64,000 nucleotides of DNA from Eledone cirrhosa (GCA_964016885.1 OZ024745.1:100564001-100628000), one strand, 5' to 3'. Shown: positions 43,201 to 56,713, counted from the first letter of the stretch. The notes: generated by a model not told the origin, from the sequence alone. Made by a program: numbers and translations.

Positions 43201-43661
43201 TCTACAAGCACGGACGCCCCGGCAGAGATCCTTCCAAGAGGACGTGTCCACGATGCGCGTAGGATATTGAAACAGTCCTGCACGCAATTGTACATTGTCC
43301 GGGCGTAACCGACCTGTAGAACTATGCAGAACAACTGCTGTCGCTTATGGGACAAATCCAGTTGACTGCTGAGTCCATAGTAAGGATCAAACCGCCAACC
43401 GCTTTCAAAAACGAAAGAGAGGCGGTTTTCCTCTGTACGATGGCTATGGTGAAAGAAGTTATATGGTGGACGAGATTGAGAGGACTGAGGACAGATGCCT
43501 TTCTCTCCGGACAACAATTGATTACCTTCTTTAAGTATCACTTTAGAAGGAGAATCAGAGTGGAGAGAGAAGCACTGCACCCCAGTAAATTTACTGAAAG
43601 GTGGGTGAATGAAGCGAAAATAGCCCGAGCGATTGGGCCTTCTCTGTTTATAAGCCTGTAG
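40225..43661 (+). pseudogene. LINE ORF2: APE endonuclease and reverse transcriptase, frameshifted
   Basis: SVNVRGL, VGDWN, SYLDRF, SDH, WKLN, KSPGRDG, RPITLLN, LDQSKAFDRVDH, IRQGCPLS, AYADD (~42282), GGLG, C..C...H...C. Confidence 0.95.
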
Positions 43662-43899
43662 GTTGAAGAAGAGAACAAAAGGAAGAAAGGAGCACTTGCA
43701 CAACACGCTCCTGCAGTTGAGGGTTGTTCTATCGACGGGGTATTAAACAACCCATTTGTGGTGCTTCCCCCCTATTGTGGATTTCGATTGTTGTAATTGT
43801 TTTTATATTTTTTACACGACTGTATGTAAAATCTCCGGCATGTCTTTGTATTGTCCCCTTTTCTTGTGCGCCCTTGTGGCAAATAAAGAAATATATCTG

Positions 43900-43974
<75 letters not shown>

Positions 43975-43980
<6 letters not shown>

Positions 43981-44301
43981 CAGGAAAGAAGGTTTACATG
44001 GTTTGCTATACAAAAAAGTTTTTAATCACATAGCTTACATTTGTTTCACTGAACTGGTGTGTCTAGAGATCGCTATCCGCCTAATTTTGCGTCACTCGAT
44101 CGCCAATACAGAATTATAACCAGTCAGATCTTCGCATGCTCCGAAGATCTGACTGGTTATAATTCTGTATTGGCGATCGAGTGACGCAAAATTAGGCGGA
44201 TAGCGATCTCTAGACACACCAGTTAAGTGAAACAAATGTAAGCTATGTGATTAAAAACTTTTTTGTATAGCAAACCATGTAAACCTTCTTTCCTGATTTA
44301 T
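43975..44301. repeat. Near-perfect palindrome, 160-bp arms and 7-nt loop
   Basis: 43975-44134 vs 44142-44301, one mismatch noticed; starts at the end of a (TA)n tract. Confidence 0.92.
44138..44243 (+). ncRNA. Hammerhead ribozyme with long stem II, starting at the palindrome apex
   Basis: GCT-CCGAAGA-TCTGACTGG...CCAGTTAAGT-GAAA-CAAATG-TA-AGC; one core substitution, GUA site. Confidence 0.65.
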
Positions 44302-44468
44302 TATTACTCCAAGTGTTTACAACATAGGAATTACAGCATACTCGCAGCATCACTATGAAAACGCCTTGTTGAGTCAAACCAAGCCAAGCGTTAATATCAT
44401 CCACTACCTGGAATACCATAACTGGACTTCACCTAAGTGGACTGCATTTAACTATTATTTGTTAATCC

Positions 44469-44546
<78 letters not shown>

Positions 44547-44827
44547 TTGTGTGTCTGTGTCTATATATGTATGTTTGCATGTATGAATGAATACACTAAT
44601 TTTTAGATTTAGTAGAATGTGCAACCACTGATTCCAGCTACTTGCTCTATCATATATTTTGGTCTATTAATTGTTTTATTTGTGTTAAAAACTTTTTTAT
44701 TCTTTCTCTTAGACTTCAGGTATTTTTTGAAAGCTAAGCATTGGCCCCAAAAATACTACAGTGGGCCCTGCAATGCTACTGGGGCCCACTTGCCATTGGG
44801 CAACCTGGTAACCCGGCCAGTCCGACA

Positions 44828-44875
<48 letters not shown>

Positions 44876-45116
44876 TATGGTTTCTCTTGCTGTTCCTGAA
44901 TCAACATCTTTGAACACCCAGTAGTGGCTCAAACATTTATTTCTCTGTATTTCTCTATATCATGCATGGACATACTTCTATTATGTTAGTGCTACTGGTA
45001 ATTAATCCAAAACAGTCAAGCCCACATTATAAAAATGAGCAGCTCTAACAGATGTTTTATACGTAAAATTTATACAAGCTATAGCTTATTCTTGTTTAAG
45101 AATCGAGTGTTTAAGC

Positions 45117-45159
45117 GTCACTGATGATGGATAAAAATATTGAAATACTTGCGTATGAC
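45117..45159 (+). ncRNA. Minimal hammerhead ribozyme, partly decayed
   Basis: GTCA-CTGATGA-TGGATAAAAATATT-GAAA-TACTTGCG-TA-TGAC. Confidence 0.6.
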
Positions 45160-46033
45160 ATTCTCACATAGATATTGGGGTAGCTGTGACCTGATCAAAA
45201 CTTAAAACAACAATAGTGACTACTTATGTATGTTTATTATGCATAAGCATACAATGCATATCTTCATATACACCTCTATTATGAATCACGGCGTGTTGGA
45301 GCTACTATTATATATAATTCAAAATGGGACAAAAACAATGAAGCATGGACACAATATATGAATGGAAAACAAAAACAGAGAAAACATGGAGATACTGGTC
45401 ATAAGCTTTCCCCCACCAGATACAGTTTCGCAAACTTATGGAATGCATAGTACTAGATCTAACATTGCCCTAGAAATAGACCAACGAACATATAACATAA
45501 ACTGAACGAAATCTATACCTGAGTGAACAACAGAGTCGTAAGAACATAGATAAATCACAAACAGAAATATGCTATTATACATTGAATAATTTGCATATTT
45601 ATATAAGTCGTTAAACTGTAGTAAACGCAAATGCGTGTAGAATATACCAGGTAGACAGTACTATTCATCATCCTGAACAGAGGAAAATCAGTGAGAAGAA
45701 AGATAACACGCGTGTTTATTTCTTGCTTTAGAGCAATCGCCAAAATTAATAATTTTGGAAGATACATCGCTGAGAATATAATAGATGTACATTAAAAAAT
45801 ATAAAAAAAATCTTCTTGAGATAAGTGACTTGAGGTGACATTTCCGGAATTGAAGAGGTACTTAGGAAATAAACTTCAACTATACGTGATAGTCTGATGG
45901 AATGGAGCCCGCTTAAGACCTTGTACATATTTTCATTGCTTAATATTTATACAAGAATATGAGGATTAAAATATGCATCATCCAGATATATATTAACACT
46001 ACTTCTTTTGATCTGGTTGTACCGCTCCTTAAA

Positions 46034-46163
<130 letters not shown>

Positions 46164-46239
46164 ACGCGCGTGCGTTTTTTTTTTTTACTTGCGCGTGCCC
46201 ATTTTGTATGGATTAGAAGCGCTTATGAACATTTGCAGG

Positions 46240-47200
46240 GCCTCCGAGACTGGAAGAGTAAATGATTATTGCTTTCAGACAGTTTAAAGAACTATGTCGT
46301 AAATTTTCGATGAAGTTACGAAATAATAGATGCAATATCCCAGTTCCTACAATATTTTTAGTATACTTTGCCACGTTTCTGATGAATGATTTTCAAAATG
46401 CTGTATTGGTATCCACCTGCGGGTTAGAACAACAGGAAAGTTTATTTGATCTAAGTAGCTTCAACTGTAAATTTGAAACATTTGAACCTGATTCGAGAAG
46501 AGCTTTATGTAGATATTGCTGATTTTGTTGAAAATTGCATACAACTCTTGAAGGCCCAATTCTCCGTTGTATGTGTTGCATTTTGCCTCACTATAAGCTT
46601 GAAGAAAAAAAATGTTGTTTACTCTTGCAACAGTTGAGCCTTACATTGAACCAAACATCATTTTGAATGATGACAGATTAGAAGTTTTGGATACATACAT
46701 ATATCTTCTGACTACCTTGTCAAGAGATGGATATCTAGGCGTTGAAATCTACTATTAAACTCAAACAGATTGTACGACTTTTTATAACATAGAAAATATG
46801 ATGTAGTAATCTACGTTAGGACTAAGGTTAGTATCTATGTCATATGTTCTGAAGGTTTTCTCAATTTATCCGAGACATGGACAACATACATTGAACACCT
46901 CACGTTGCTTGTGTGAGTTTACCAAAAATGTTTGAGACACATACCCAATACCATGTGGCAGAAACTAATACTAGACACCGAGATGCTCCAAAAAGCTATA
47001 TCACCAGTGAATCATAGATCATCACCAGTCAAATGCACTTGGTAGGTTATGTTGTTTCAATAAACGACCCCCAAAGCAGATTTTCTACGGCCCTCTGGAA
47101 ATAGAAGCGTTAGAAAAATAAGCTTAAAAAGGATATACGGACTGCCTAAAATTCAAACTAAAATGACTAAGGATAAAAAAAATTGATGTGTTTGACAAAC
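46240..47200 (+). mobile_element. Old RTE/BovB-like LINE RT fragment, heavily decayed
   Basis: Fragments such as RTTGKLFDL, IRE.LYVD (YADD-like), YIYL..TLSRDG and LSETWTTY across shifting frames. Confidence 0.6.
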
Positions 47201-47810
47201 GCTGATGGTAAATCGGTTTATTTAGAGGCTTTGCATTAACAAAGCCTGCACTAGTATGACAAAGGCGGATAACAAGAAACCCAACCGGACAAAATTAATG
47301 TTTCACTGAAGAGCAAATAAACCTAGATTTATCAGTTCTGGGTTGGTGTCTGACGCAAAGTAAGACTTGTAGCAGTAGGTTATCTCTTAACTGAGAATTT
47401 TGATGCTCCAACCTAAAGGTGGGGAGAGTCTATGAGGCGTTGTGTAAACCTTGTTGGATATGAGGTTCTGCACAAGCATTGCTGTCTTTTCATATATAAT
47501 CAGTGATGGTATTTTCCCGGACGAGTTTGAACAGAGCAGTATCAGTAGAGCGTCAGACACCATGCTTTGCAGTATAGAGTTTATGGCCCTTTACGTTCAA
47601 ATCTCGGCGAGGTTACCTGTGGTGTAATTTCTGGCCTTGTGCCAACATTGTTTTATAAATATTGACATATCCAGGAATGAGACCTTAACGGTTCAAGTTT
47701 TACCTATGAGAACGTACCAAAGTTTTGGTACCCTTGAAATATATATAATAGAATAAATATGGTTTTATAAATATAGTTTCCATTTATTAATATCATTGAT
47801 ATTATACTCC

Positions 47811-47876
<66 letters not shown>

Positions 47877-47960
47877 AAAGTTATATTTAAATTGTTGGGT
47901 TACAACTAGTAAATATTTATAACTGATATAAAAGCACTCAACAAGTATTTGGAGTATATT

Positions 47961-48320
47961 TACGATATTAAATAAATGGAAACTATATTTATAAAACCAT
48001 ATCTATTTCATTATATATATTTCAGGGATATCATATTAACAATATGTTATGCCTTCTTCAGACAAAATACAATATAGACAGTTTTATAGATAAATAGATT
48101 TGACATACCGTTCAACATCGACTTGTATTTGAAAAATACAAATCAACTTTTTCAAATACAAGTCGATGTTGAACGGTATGTCAAATCTATTTATCTATAA
48201 AACTGTCTATATTGTATTTTGTCTGAAGAAGGCATAACATATTGTTAATATGATATCCCTGAAATATATATAATGAAATAGATATGGTTTTATAAATATA
48301 GTTTCCATTTATTTAATATC

Positions 48321-48323
<3 letters not shown>
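47961..48323. repeat. Palindrome with 176-bp arms and 11-nt loop, carrying a hammerhead in each arm
   Basis: 47961-48136 vs 48148-48323 are reverse complements; ends at (TA)n. Confidence 0.92.
48215..48280 (+). ncRNA. Type I hammerhead ribozyme (mirror copy on the minus strand ~48004-48069)
   Basis: TATTTTGT-CTGAAGA-AGGCATA...TATGATATCCCT-GAAA-TATATA-TA-ATGAAATA. Confidence 0.78.
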
Positions 48324-48364
<41 letters not shown>

Positions 48365-48715
48365 ACAGACGTACAGTAGTATGTATGTATATAAATACAT
48401 GCACATATATATATATATATGTACGGCCGGGCGCACCGAAAACGATAAATGGAAAAGATGAAACGAAATGTCATTTCTCACTCTTAGTACGGCTGTTACT
48501 TAAATATAAGTATGTACACGTACATACATATATGTATACAGACGTACAGTAGTATGTATATATATACATATATGCACATATATATATATATGTACGTATG
48601 GGTTTACCGAACATTTATTATAATGCTCGGTTTGTTTGTAAACAAACAGCCCGAATTAAGCTGTACAGTGTTTAGCAACCATTGTTGCCCTTTTGTTCAA
48701 CACTGACAAAAGAAT

Positions 48716-48754
48716 GATGTACTAGTTTCAAGCTTATTAGCTATCGTCAGCATC
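48716..48754 (-). ncRNA. Minimal type I hammerhead ribozyme
   Basis: Reverse complement GATG-CTGACGA-TAGCT(AATA)AGCTT-GAAA-CTAG-TA-CATC; intact core, palindromic stem III, GUA site. Confidence 0.85.
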
Positions 48755-48961
48755 GTATACCTTCCTGCCAGATGATTGAACGTCTGAAAGTATATACTTT
48801 CCTTATGTAGCCTAATTTCCATATCGAGTGAGTTAGTCGGCCGGGCGCACCGAAAACGATAAATGGAAAAAAATGAAACGAAATTTCATTTCTCACTCTT
48901 AGTACGGCTGTTACTTAAATATAAGTATGTATACGTACATACATATATTTATCTTCTGAAG

Positions 48962-48999
<38 letters not shown>

Positions 49000-49001
49000 A
49001 A

Positions 49002-49930
49002 ATGTACTCTGGCAAACGGACCCGGTGATCAGTGGAGACTCCACTTCGACATTCTCTAGAGGGTTGGTCCGCAGCAAGTGCGACGACGGGCTCGGAGAAA
49101 CTCTAGGCGTAGAGAAGGACGAACTGGCCAGTCTGTTCGGTAGGACCTTCCGCGCGGGACCAATGGACAACTTCTAAAAGTCCCTGGCCTGGCAGTGCTA
49201 CCGAGGAGCTCTACCAGTTCGAAACAAGCTTTACAGACACGGGCGCCCGGGAAGGGACCCTTCGAAAAAGATCTGTCCGATATGCGTACGCGACAAGGAA
49301 ACCATCGCGCACGAATTTGTACACTGCCCGGGCGTTACCGACCTGTGGGGCTATGTAGAACGGCTATTGTCGCGGGTGGGACCAATTCAGTTGACCACCG
49401 AGTCCATTGTCATGATCAAACCGCCACCCTCCTTCAAAAACGAGGGAGAGGCGGTTTTCCTATGTGTTATGGCTATGGTGAAAGAGGTTATATGCTGGAC
49501 GAGGTTAAAAGGGCTGAGGTCAGACACCTTTCTCTCCGGCGAGCAACTGATTCGTTTTTTCAAATATCATTTTGGAAGAAGAATCAGGATGGAGAGAGAG
49601 GTGCTGTGCCCCAGCAAAGTTTATAAAAGGTGGGTGAATGTGGCAAAGATGGCCCGAGTGGTTGGGCCTTCTCTCTATATAAGCCTGTAGGTTGAGGAAA
49701 AAGAGGAAGAGGGGAAGGGAGTACTCACTCTTTGTGCTCCTGGAGATGAGGTTTGTACATTTTTTCGGGGTGTGTACAACCCCTGTGTAACGCCTCCCCC
49801 CTATTGGGGATTTCAGTTATTTGTTATTTTATTAATAGTTTTATTTTCATATACCTGTATGTAAACTCCCCATTTGTATTTGTCCCCTTCTTTTGTGCCC
49901 TTGTGGCTAATAAAGAAATTTATCTATCTA
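49002..49930 (+). mobile_element. 5'-truncated Tx1-like LINE, copy A
   Basis: Homologous to ~42977-43895; preceded by (TATC)n; ends AATAAAGAAATTTATCTATCTATC. Confidence 0.9.
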
Positions 49931-49932
49931 TC

Positions 49933-50972
49933 TTGGCACGTCGAGTGCTTACAGGCGCTCACAGCCCTCTACCAAGCGGAAACGGTAATCAGCGGAGACT
50001 CCACTTCGTCATTCTATAGGGGATTAGTGGAGAATAAGTGCGACGACGTTCTCGGGGGAAACTCTAGGCATCGAGGATTCTATAGAGGTTTGGTCCGCAG
50101 CAAGTGCGACGACACGCTCGGAGAAACTCTTGGCGTAGAGGAGGACGAACTGACCAGGCTGTTCGGAGGACTTTCCGTCCAGGACCTATGGATAACTTCC
50201 AGAGGCCTCTGGCCTGGCTGTGCTACCGAGGGGCTCTACCAGTTCGAGACAAAATCTACAATCACGGACGCCCTGGCAGAGATCCTGCCAAAAGGACCTA
50301 TTCAAGATGCGAGCAGGACATCGAAACCGTTCTGCACGCAATTGTTCAGTGCCCAGGGGTCACCGACCTGTGGAATTATGTCGAACAGCTGTGGAGTGGG
50401 ACGCATCCAGTTGTCAGGCGAGTCCATCATGTGGATCACACCGCCGCCTTCATTTAAGAACGAAGGAGAGTCGGTTTTCCTTTGTCTGGTGGCTATCGCG
50501 AAAGAGGTAATATGGTGGACGAGGTTAAAAGGACTGAGGGCAAACACTTTTCTCTCCTGACAACAACTTATCCCCTTCTTTAAGTATCACTTCAGAGGAG
50601 TCGAGAGAGAGGTGCTACACCCCAGTAAATTCGCTGAAAGGTGGGTGAATGTGGGGAAAATTGCCGAGTAAATGGGCCTTCTCTGTATATAAACCTGTAG
50701 GTTGAGGGAAGATAAACAGAGGGAAGACAGGAACACCTACAGAACGTGTTCCTGGTGTTGAGGGTTGTTCTATCCACAGGGTGTAAAACAACCCTGCAGT
50801 AACGCCCCCCCCCTATTGGGGATTTCAATTGTTATTTTATTATATATAATTTATTGTTATTTATTAATGTTAAAGTAATTTTTATGTAAAACCCCCGCCG
50901 TCACGTCTTGTAATGTTCCCTTTTTGTACGCCCCTGTTGCAAATAAAGAAAGATATCTATCTATCTATCTAT
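49933..50972 (+). mobile_element. 5'-truncated Tx1-like LINE, copy B (small internal duplication ~50012-50135)
   Basis: Homologous to ~42946-43895; ends AATAAAGAAAGATATCTATCTATCTATC. Confidence 0.9.
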
Positions 50973-50974
50973 CT

Positions 50975-51306
50975 CCAGCCGTTTTTATGAAAGATGGGTG
51001 AAAGTGACGAGAATGGCCCGTGTGAATCAGACTATAGGTGAGGAAGATGAAAGACCAAGGGAGCACCCCTTCTCTGTGCTCCTGAGGAAAAGGGTTGCAC
51101 ACTTTTTTCGGGGGTGTGTGCGACCCCCCAAGGCGCCTCCTCTCTATTGACGATTTTGTTATATATTTTATTCTGTTATATTTTATTTTATTTTATATTT
51201 TGTTATTGCCTCCTCCTTATTGAGGACGCCTTGTTTTGTAAACTCCCCCCATTGTACTTGTCCCACTTTTGATGCCCCGGTGGCAAATAAAAGAAACATA
51301 TCTATC
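50975..51306 (+). mobile_element. 5'-truncated Tx1-like LINE, copy C (ORF end and 3' UTR)
   Basis: F..RWVKV.RMARV ORF terminus; ends GTGGCAAATAAAAGAAACATATCTATC. Confidence 0.8.
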
Positions 51307-51440
51307 TTTTTCTCTCTTCTCTGAGTATGTGTGCGCGCGCGTTTATTTACTAAAAATAAAAAGGGTGACAGCGATTCTCTGCTTAAACTTTAATGTTAAA
51401 TTAATAAATAAATAAATAAATAAATAAATATACATATATG

Positions 51441-51481
<41 letters not shown>

Positions 51482-51484
<3 letters not shown>

Positions 51485-51785
51485 TATAGAGTAAAGCATG
51501 CCCAGAGAATTATTTGCTAACATTAATGTTTACCTAATTATATATGGTTGACCGTATATTTAATTAATTTCCACGTGCTGTTGAAATGTTGGGTAAATAT
51601 TCTATAGCGGTTGTACGCGAAGACGCCGCAGTTGCGTGTTTATTTACTGTTTCTTCATAGATGCCTTTTATTCTTATAGCTTGGTCTAATTGATTTTTTG
51701 TGTGGTTAATTATGCTGATTGGGAGTAGAGATGATGTATATATATATTATCAAATAATTCTCTGGACATGCTTTACTCTATAGTA
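51482..51785. repeat. (TA)n-flanked module with a ~34-bp inverted repeat
   Basis: TACTATAGAGTAAAGCATGCCCAGAGAATTATTTG vs CAAATAATTCTCTGGACATGCTTTACTCTATAGTA. Confidence 0.75.
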
Positions 51786-51917
51786 TTTTGCTCTGATTAT
51801 TTAATTTATTAATTCTTCATTGAGCCACATCGTGAAAAGTTGCCAAAACACATATATACCTGTGACTTTGTTTAATTGGTGTATGTGTAAATATTTATAT
51901 TATATATATATATATGT

Positions 51918-51987
<70 letters not shown>

Positions 51988-52104
51988 TATATATGTATAT
52001 TTATTTATTTATTTATTTATTTATTTATTAAAATAACATTAAAGTTTAAGCAAAGAATCACTGTCAGAGAGAGAGAAAGAGAGAAGGAGATAGAGAGAGA
52101 AGGG

Positions 52105-52160
<56 letters not shown>

Positions 52161-52163
<3 letters not shown>

Positions 52164-52329
52164 GAGAGATAGACTTTGCCCGTTCAGGACCCATCAATAC
52201 GTCGGAAAAAAAACTCTAAACTGACGGACATCTGACTAAATCTGGATCCAGATTTAGTCAGATGTCCGTCAGTTTAGAGTTTTTTTTCCGACGTATTGAT
52301 GGGTCCTGAACGGGCAAAGTCTATCTCTC

Positions 52330-52332
<3 letters not shown>
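52161..52332. repeat. Perfect loop-less palindrome centred on GGATCC (52244-52249), extended by (GA)n/(TC)n
   Basis: 86-bp arms are exact reverse complements; flanking microsatellites are also complementary. Confidence 0.92.
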
Positions 52333-52377
<45 letters not shown>

Positions 52378-52420
52378 TCTCCCTTTCTCTCTCTCCTTCT
52401 CTTCTCTCTCACTCTCTCTG

Positions 52421-52474
<54 letters not shown>

Positions 52475-52579
52475 GCTATCTATCTCTCCCTTAATATGTG
52501 TGCGCGCACGTTTGTTTATTAAAAATAAGCAATTGTATATTAAGTTAATGCATACACACATGCATACAAAAATGTGCAT

Positions 52580-52672
<93 letters not shown>

Positions 52673-53088
52673 TGAATGCATGGTAAAAGAAGAGGCATGT
52701 ATAAGAATAAATAAGTGAACAATATCAAATGATATTATATATGCATAATAGATATATGCAAATAGGTATTTGTAGTAGACGTTGCTGACTTCTTGGTCGC
52801 CTTCCCACTGGGATTTGACCAAATACAATTTAACATGATTAAAGCGACGATAACAGATTCCTTCTAACAAAGTTTGTGGCAGCCTAAAATAGCGAATCAG
52901 ATGTTTAACAATTCGACCATACTTGGATGTGCGTCTGCATGTAAGAATTCATACCTGAGGAGCTTCCGTATCCAGAGTCAGGATCAAACATTAATCGATC
53001 GTTCTCGAGCTGATCGGCAGTGAAACATATGTAATATGTAATTAAATATGTATATGATGCAATACTGATTCTTTGTTCCCATTCATTT

Positions 53089-53179
<91 letters not shown>

Positions 53180-53565
53180 TTAGTTTTCACATTTATTATT
53201 ATTAATATATAGCTATCTATCTATCTATATATATAATATATAATATAAGATCAAAAGATGGTTAAAAGAGTTCCATGTATTTTATTATGCGCATTTCAAA
53301 AACAAATATCATCATGGGATGATATTTGCGTTCTCACAGATAAAATAGGGAGACATTATATGAAGCTTAAAAAACACTTGCGAGCAGTGAAGTGTTAAAT
53401 CTACATATGAAAATTAAATAAGATGGATATATGAGATTGGGAAAAAAAGAAGGAAGGGAGAAGGAAAAGGAAAGTAAGAGGAAGATAGAAAATAAAGGAT
53501 GACGGGGGAGGAGTATAAGGATGAGAGAGGAGGAGAAATGAGTGAGAGAGAGAGAGAGAGATAGC

Positions 53566-53681
<116 letters not shown>

Positions 53682-54463
53682 CTGGGTGGAAAAACATAGA
53701 GAAGTGATTCCCACCAGATTCACAGCGCCATTTATATTAGATGCAGTCAGACTTATTCTAGAAAGCAACACATTCTTCTTCAATGGAAAGAATTACATCC
53801 AAATTAGAGGCACAGCGATGGGAACGAAGTTTGCTCCCATTTACGCGAACTCTGTAATGGGATACTTAGAACAACAACTCTACCAAGAAATAGAGGAGAA
53901 ATATAGCACTGAATTTAGAAAGTACGTTGAAAAGTCTTGGAAGAGATACCTTGACGACTGTTTCATCATCTGGACAGAATTTCAAGATACTCTGGATGAG
54001 TTCAATATCCTCCTGAATAACCTACACCCATCTCTCCAATTTACAATAGCGTGAAAGAGAAAGTGAGAAATAAATGAAGAATCTACCCTAGTACAACACT
54101 AATATTTTATTTATTGACCTTGAACGGTTGATTTAACGTCAGTTGGATTTGAACTCAGAGTGAAAAGAAGCAGAATGAACATTACAAAGCAGTCTGAAGT
54201 TCTAACGTAAACTTATAAGCCCAATGTTGTTGTTTAGCCAGACATTATCCATGATGAAGTAGACATATAATCAAAAGTATTCTAGTTCTGATCAGACTGT
54301 GGCTTTAGAGGATATACCTAGAATTATATCATTAAAATAGTAGGGTGTAGTTTCGGTAAATTAGGCTTCTATTTTTAGCAGATGAGGTAAATACGTAGCG
54401 GTTCCCAATAATTCTCTGTGGCACATTTAATGGCATGATGTTTTAAAGAATATGCAAGTGTGT

Positions 54464-54511
<48 letters not shown>

Positions 54512-54618
54512 ATAATAATAAATTTGAAGACTAAAATCCAAAGAGGGCTCGATAAGGATAAATATATATCAAATATATAAGAACCGTAGAGCAAATATTT
54601 ATTAAATCTGTTATTTTA

Positions 54619-54665
<47 letters not shown>

Positions 54666-55859
54666 AATAATTAAACACCCATCTCTCCAATTTACAAAAG
54701 AAATGAGTAGTACCAAATTACCATTCCTAGATATAATGGTAATCAAAAACGACACCACCATTACCATCGATATATACTATAAACACACAGACACCCATCA
54801 ATATCTGAATTTTAAGTCGTACCCTCCACCTCATACAAAACGCAACATACCATACTGCCTAGCCAGAAGATTTGTACCATTGTAGAAGATACGAATACCA
54901 GGAACAAACGCCTAACAGAACTGAGCGAATTTTTGCTCAAACAAAAATACCCTTCTCTATTTATAGAAAATGGCATACAGCAGGCTATAAAAATACCTAT
55001 ACAACAACTTAGGACAAGCCAAGGAAGAAGAAACCAAGAACTGGTCATACCATTTATAATGACACACAGCCCATGTCACCAGAATATCTTCAACACTGCC
55101 AAAGCAAACCTACCGATTATTGCTCAAAGAAATGAATTAAAAGGTTTAATCACAGACCGAGCTTTGATTCTTAGTAAAAGACAGCCGAAAAGTTTGAAGC
55201 AATTACTAACAAAGGCAAAGTTTGACCTTAACAACAAAGATCAATCATTCACTGTATCTAAATGCAATGATAGTCGATGTGCCACATGTCAGTTCATACA
55301 TACTGGTCAATATATGAACACAAAAACTGGAAAAATATTCCCAAATGTAAATATGAATGGCAAAAGTAGAAATCTAATTTACTGAATTAAATGCCCGAAT
55401 TGTGAAGAACTATATGTCGGTCAAACTGGAAATACACTATCCGAACGTGCACGGGTGCACCGACAGCAAATCAGAGACCCAAATGTCCGTCAGATACCCC
55501 TGAGTAACCATCTAGCAACATGTTGTCAGAAAATATTTATAATATTTCCATTCTACAAACTACACAGCCCAAGTGAAATCAAGAAATAAATTAAAGAATT
55601 TTATTGATAAATTCCAACCCAAGCTATATGAACAATAATAATGCTTAGGATATTACTTCTACTATGACTACGCCTACGACCAAGTCGACTACCACCACTG
55701 ACAACAACAACAACAATAATAATAATAATAAAAGTGATGTTGATGGTGATGATTACTGAACATTTTTTATAAAAACCATTTCTAAAAATAGCAAAACAAT
55801 TGATGCTTTGGATAGGGCCAAATAGAAGTCGTTAGACATGCTCCTCCAACCGTGACGCC

Positions 55860-55985
55860 TAAACCAATCAGCCTTAGTAATTTAGTGAAACTACACACCG
55901 ATTGGTCGAAATACAAAACTTAGCATTCTGTAGCCCTTTTTTACTGTATATAAGGCACAGATTTTAGCCATCTCATTACAGTTGA
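55860..55985 (+). promoter_or_regulatory. Putative Pol II promoter in the Penelope pLTR
   Basis: CCAAT (~55864), inverse CCAAT (~55901), TATATAAG (~55947), initiator-like TCATT ~25 nt downstream, then the hammerhead. Confidence 0.45.
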
Positions 55986-56005
55986 AAATTGCAAACTTGA
56001 CTGTC

Positions 56006-56040
56006 ACGACTGAAGATTGCGAAAGCATGAAAGTACTTGT
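56006..56040 (+). ncRNA. Hammerhead ribozyme in the pLTR (cleavage-site region imperfect)
   Basis: ACGA-CTGAAGA-TTGC(GAAA)GCAT-GAAA-GTAC-TTGT. Confidence 0.62.
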
Positions 56041-56160
56041 TCAATTAACATTTAACATTTAATATTCTACCATACTATTTCATTATAATATCATTATAAT
56101 TTTAAAGGATTGTAAATAAAACGAGTAAATCAGACAAAGTTAGAATTCTTTTTATTAATA

Positions 56161-56229
<69 letters not shown>

Positions 56230-56547
56230 TTGTATATATATATATATATATGTATATATTTATATATATATATTTGTATATATATGTATATATATATATA
56301 TATGTATATATTTATATATATATATTTGTATATATATGTATATATATATATATATATGTATATATTTATATATATATATATATGTATATATATGAATATA
56401 TATATATATAGTAATAATAATAAATTTGAAGACTAAAATCCAAAGAGGGTTCGATAAGGATAAATATATATCAAATATATAAGAATCGTAGTGCAATATT
56501 TATTAAAATAACAAATAAAATTTTAAGCAAAAAACTTTAATTTGTTA

Positions 56548-56648
<101 letters not shown>

Positions 56649-56653
56649 GTGTG

Positions 56654-56713
<60 letters not shown>

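Larger units (their letters stand above)
38688..43895 (+). mobile_element. Near full-length L1/Tx1-clade LINE, inactivated
   Basis: ORF1 remnant, ORF2 (APE, RT, Cys-His finger), 3' UTR with AATAAA and a TATC-like tail; 5' boundary not determined. Confidence 0.92.

Noticed and set aside
40683-43750. Antisense and alternative-frame ORFs within LINE ORF2
   Set aside because: Shadow ORFs of GC-rich coding sequence or frameshifted parts of ORF2
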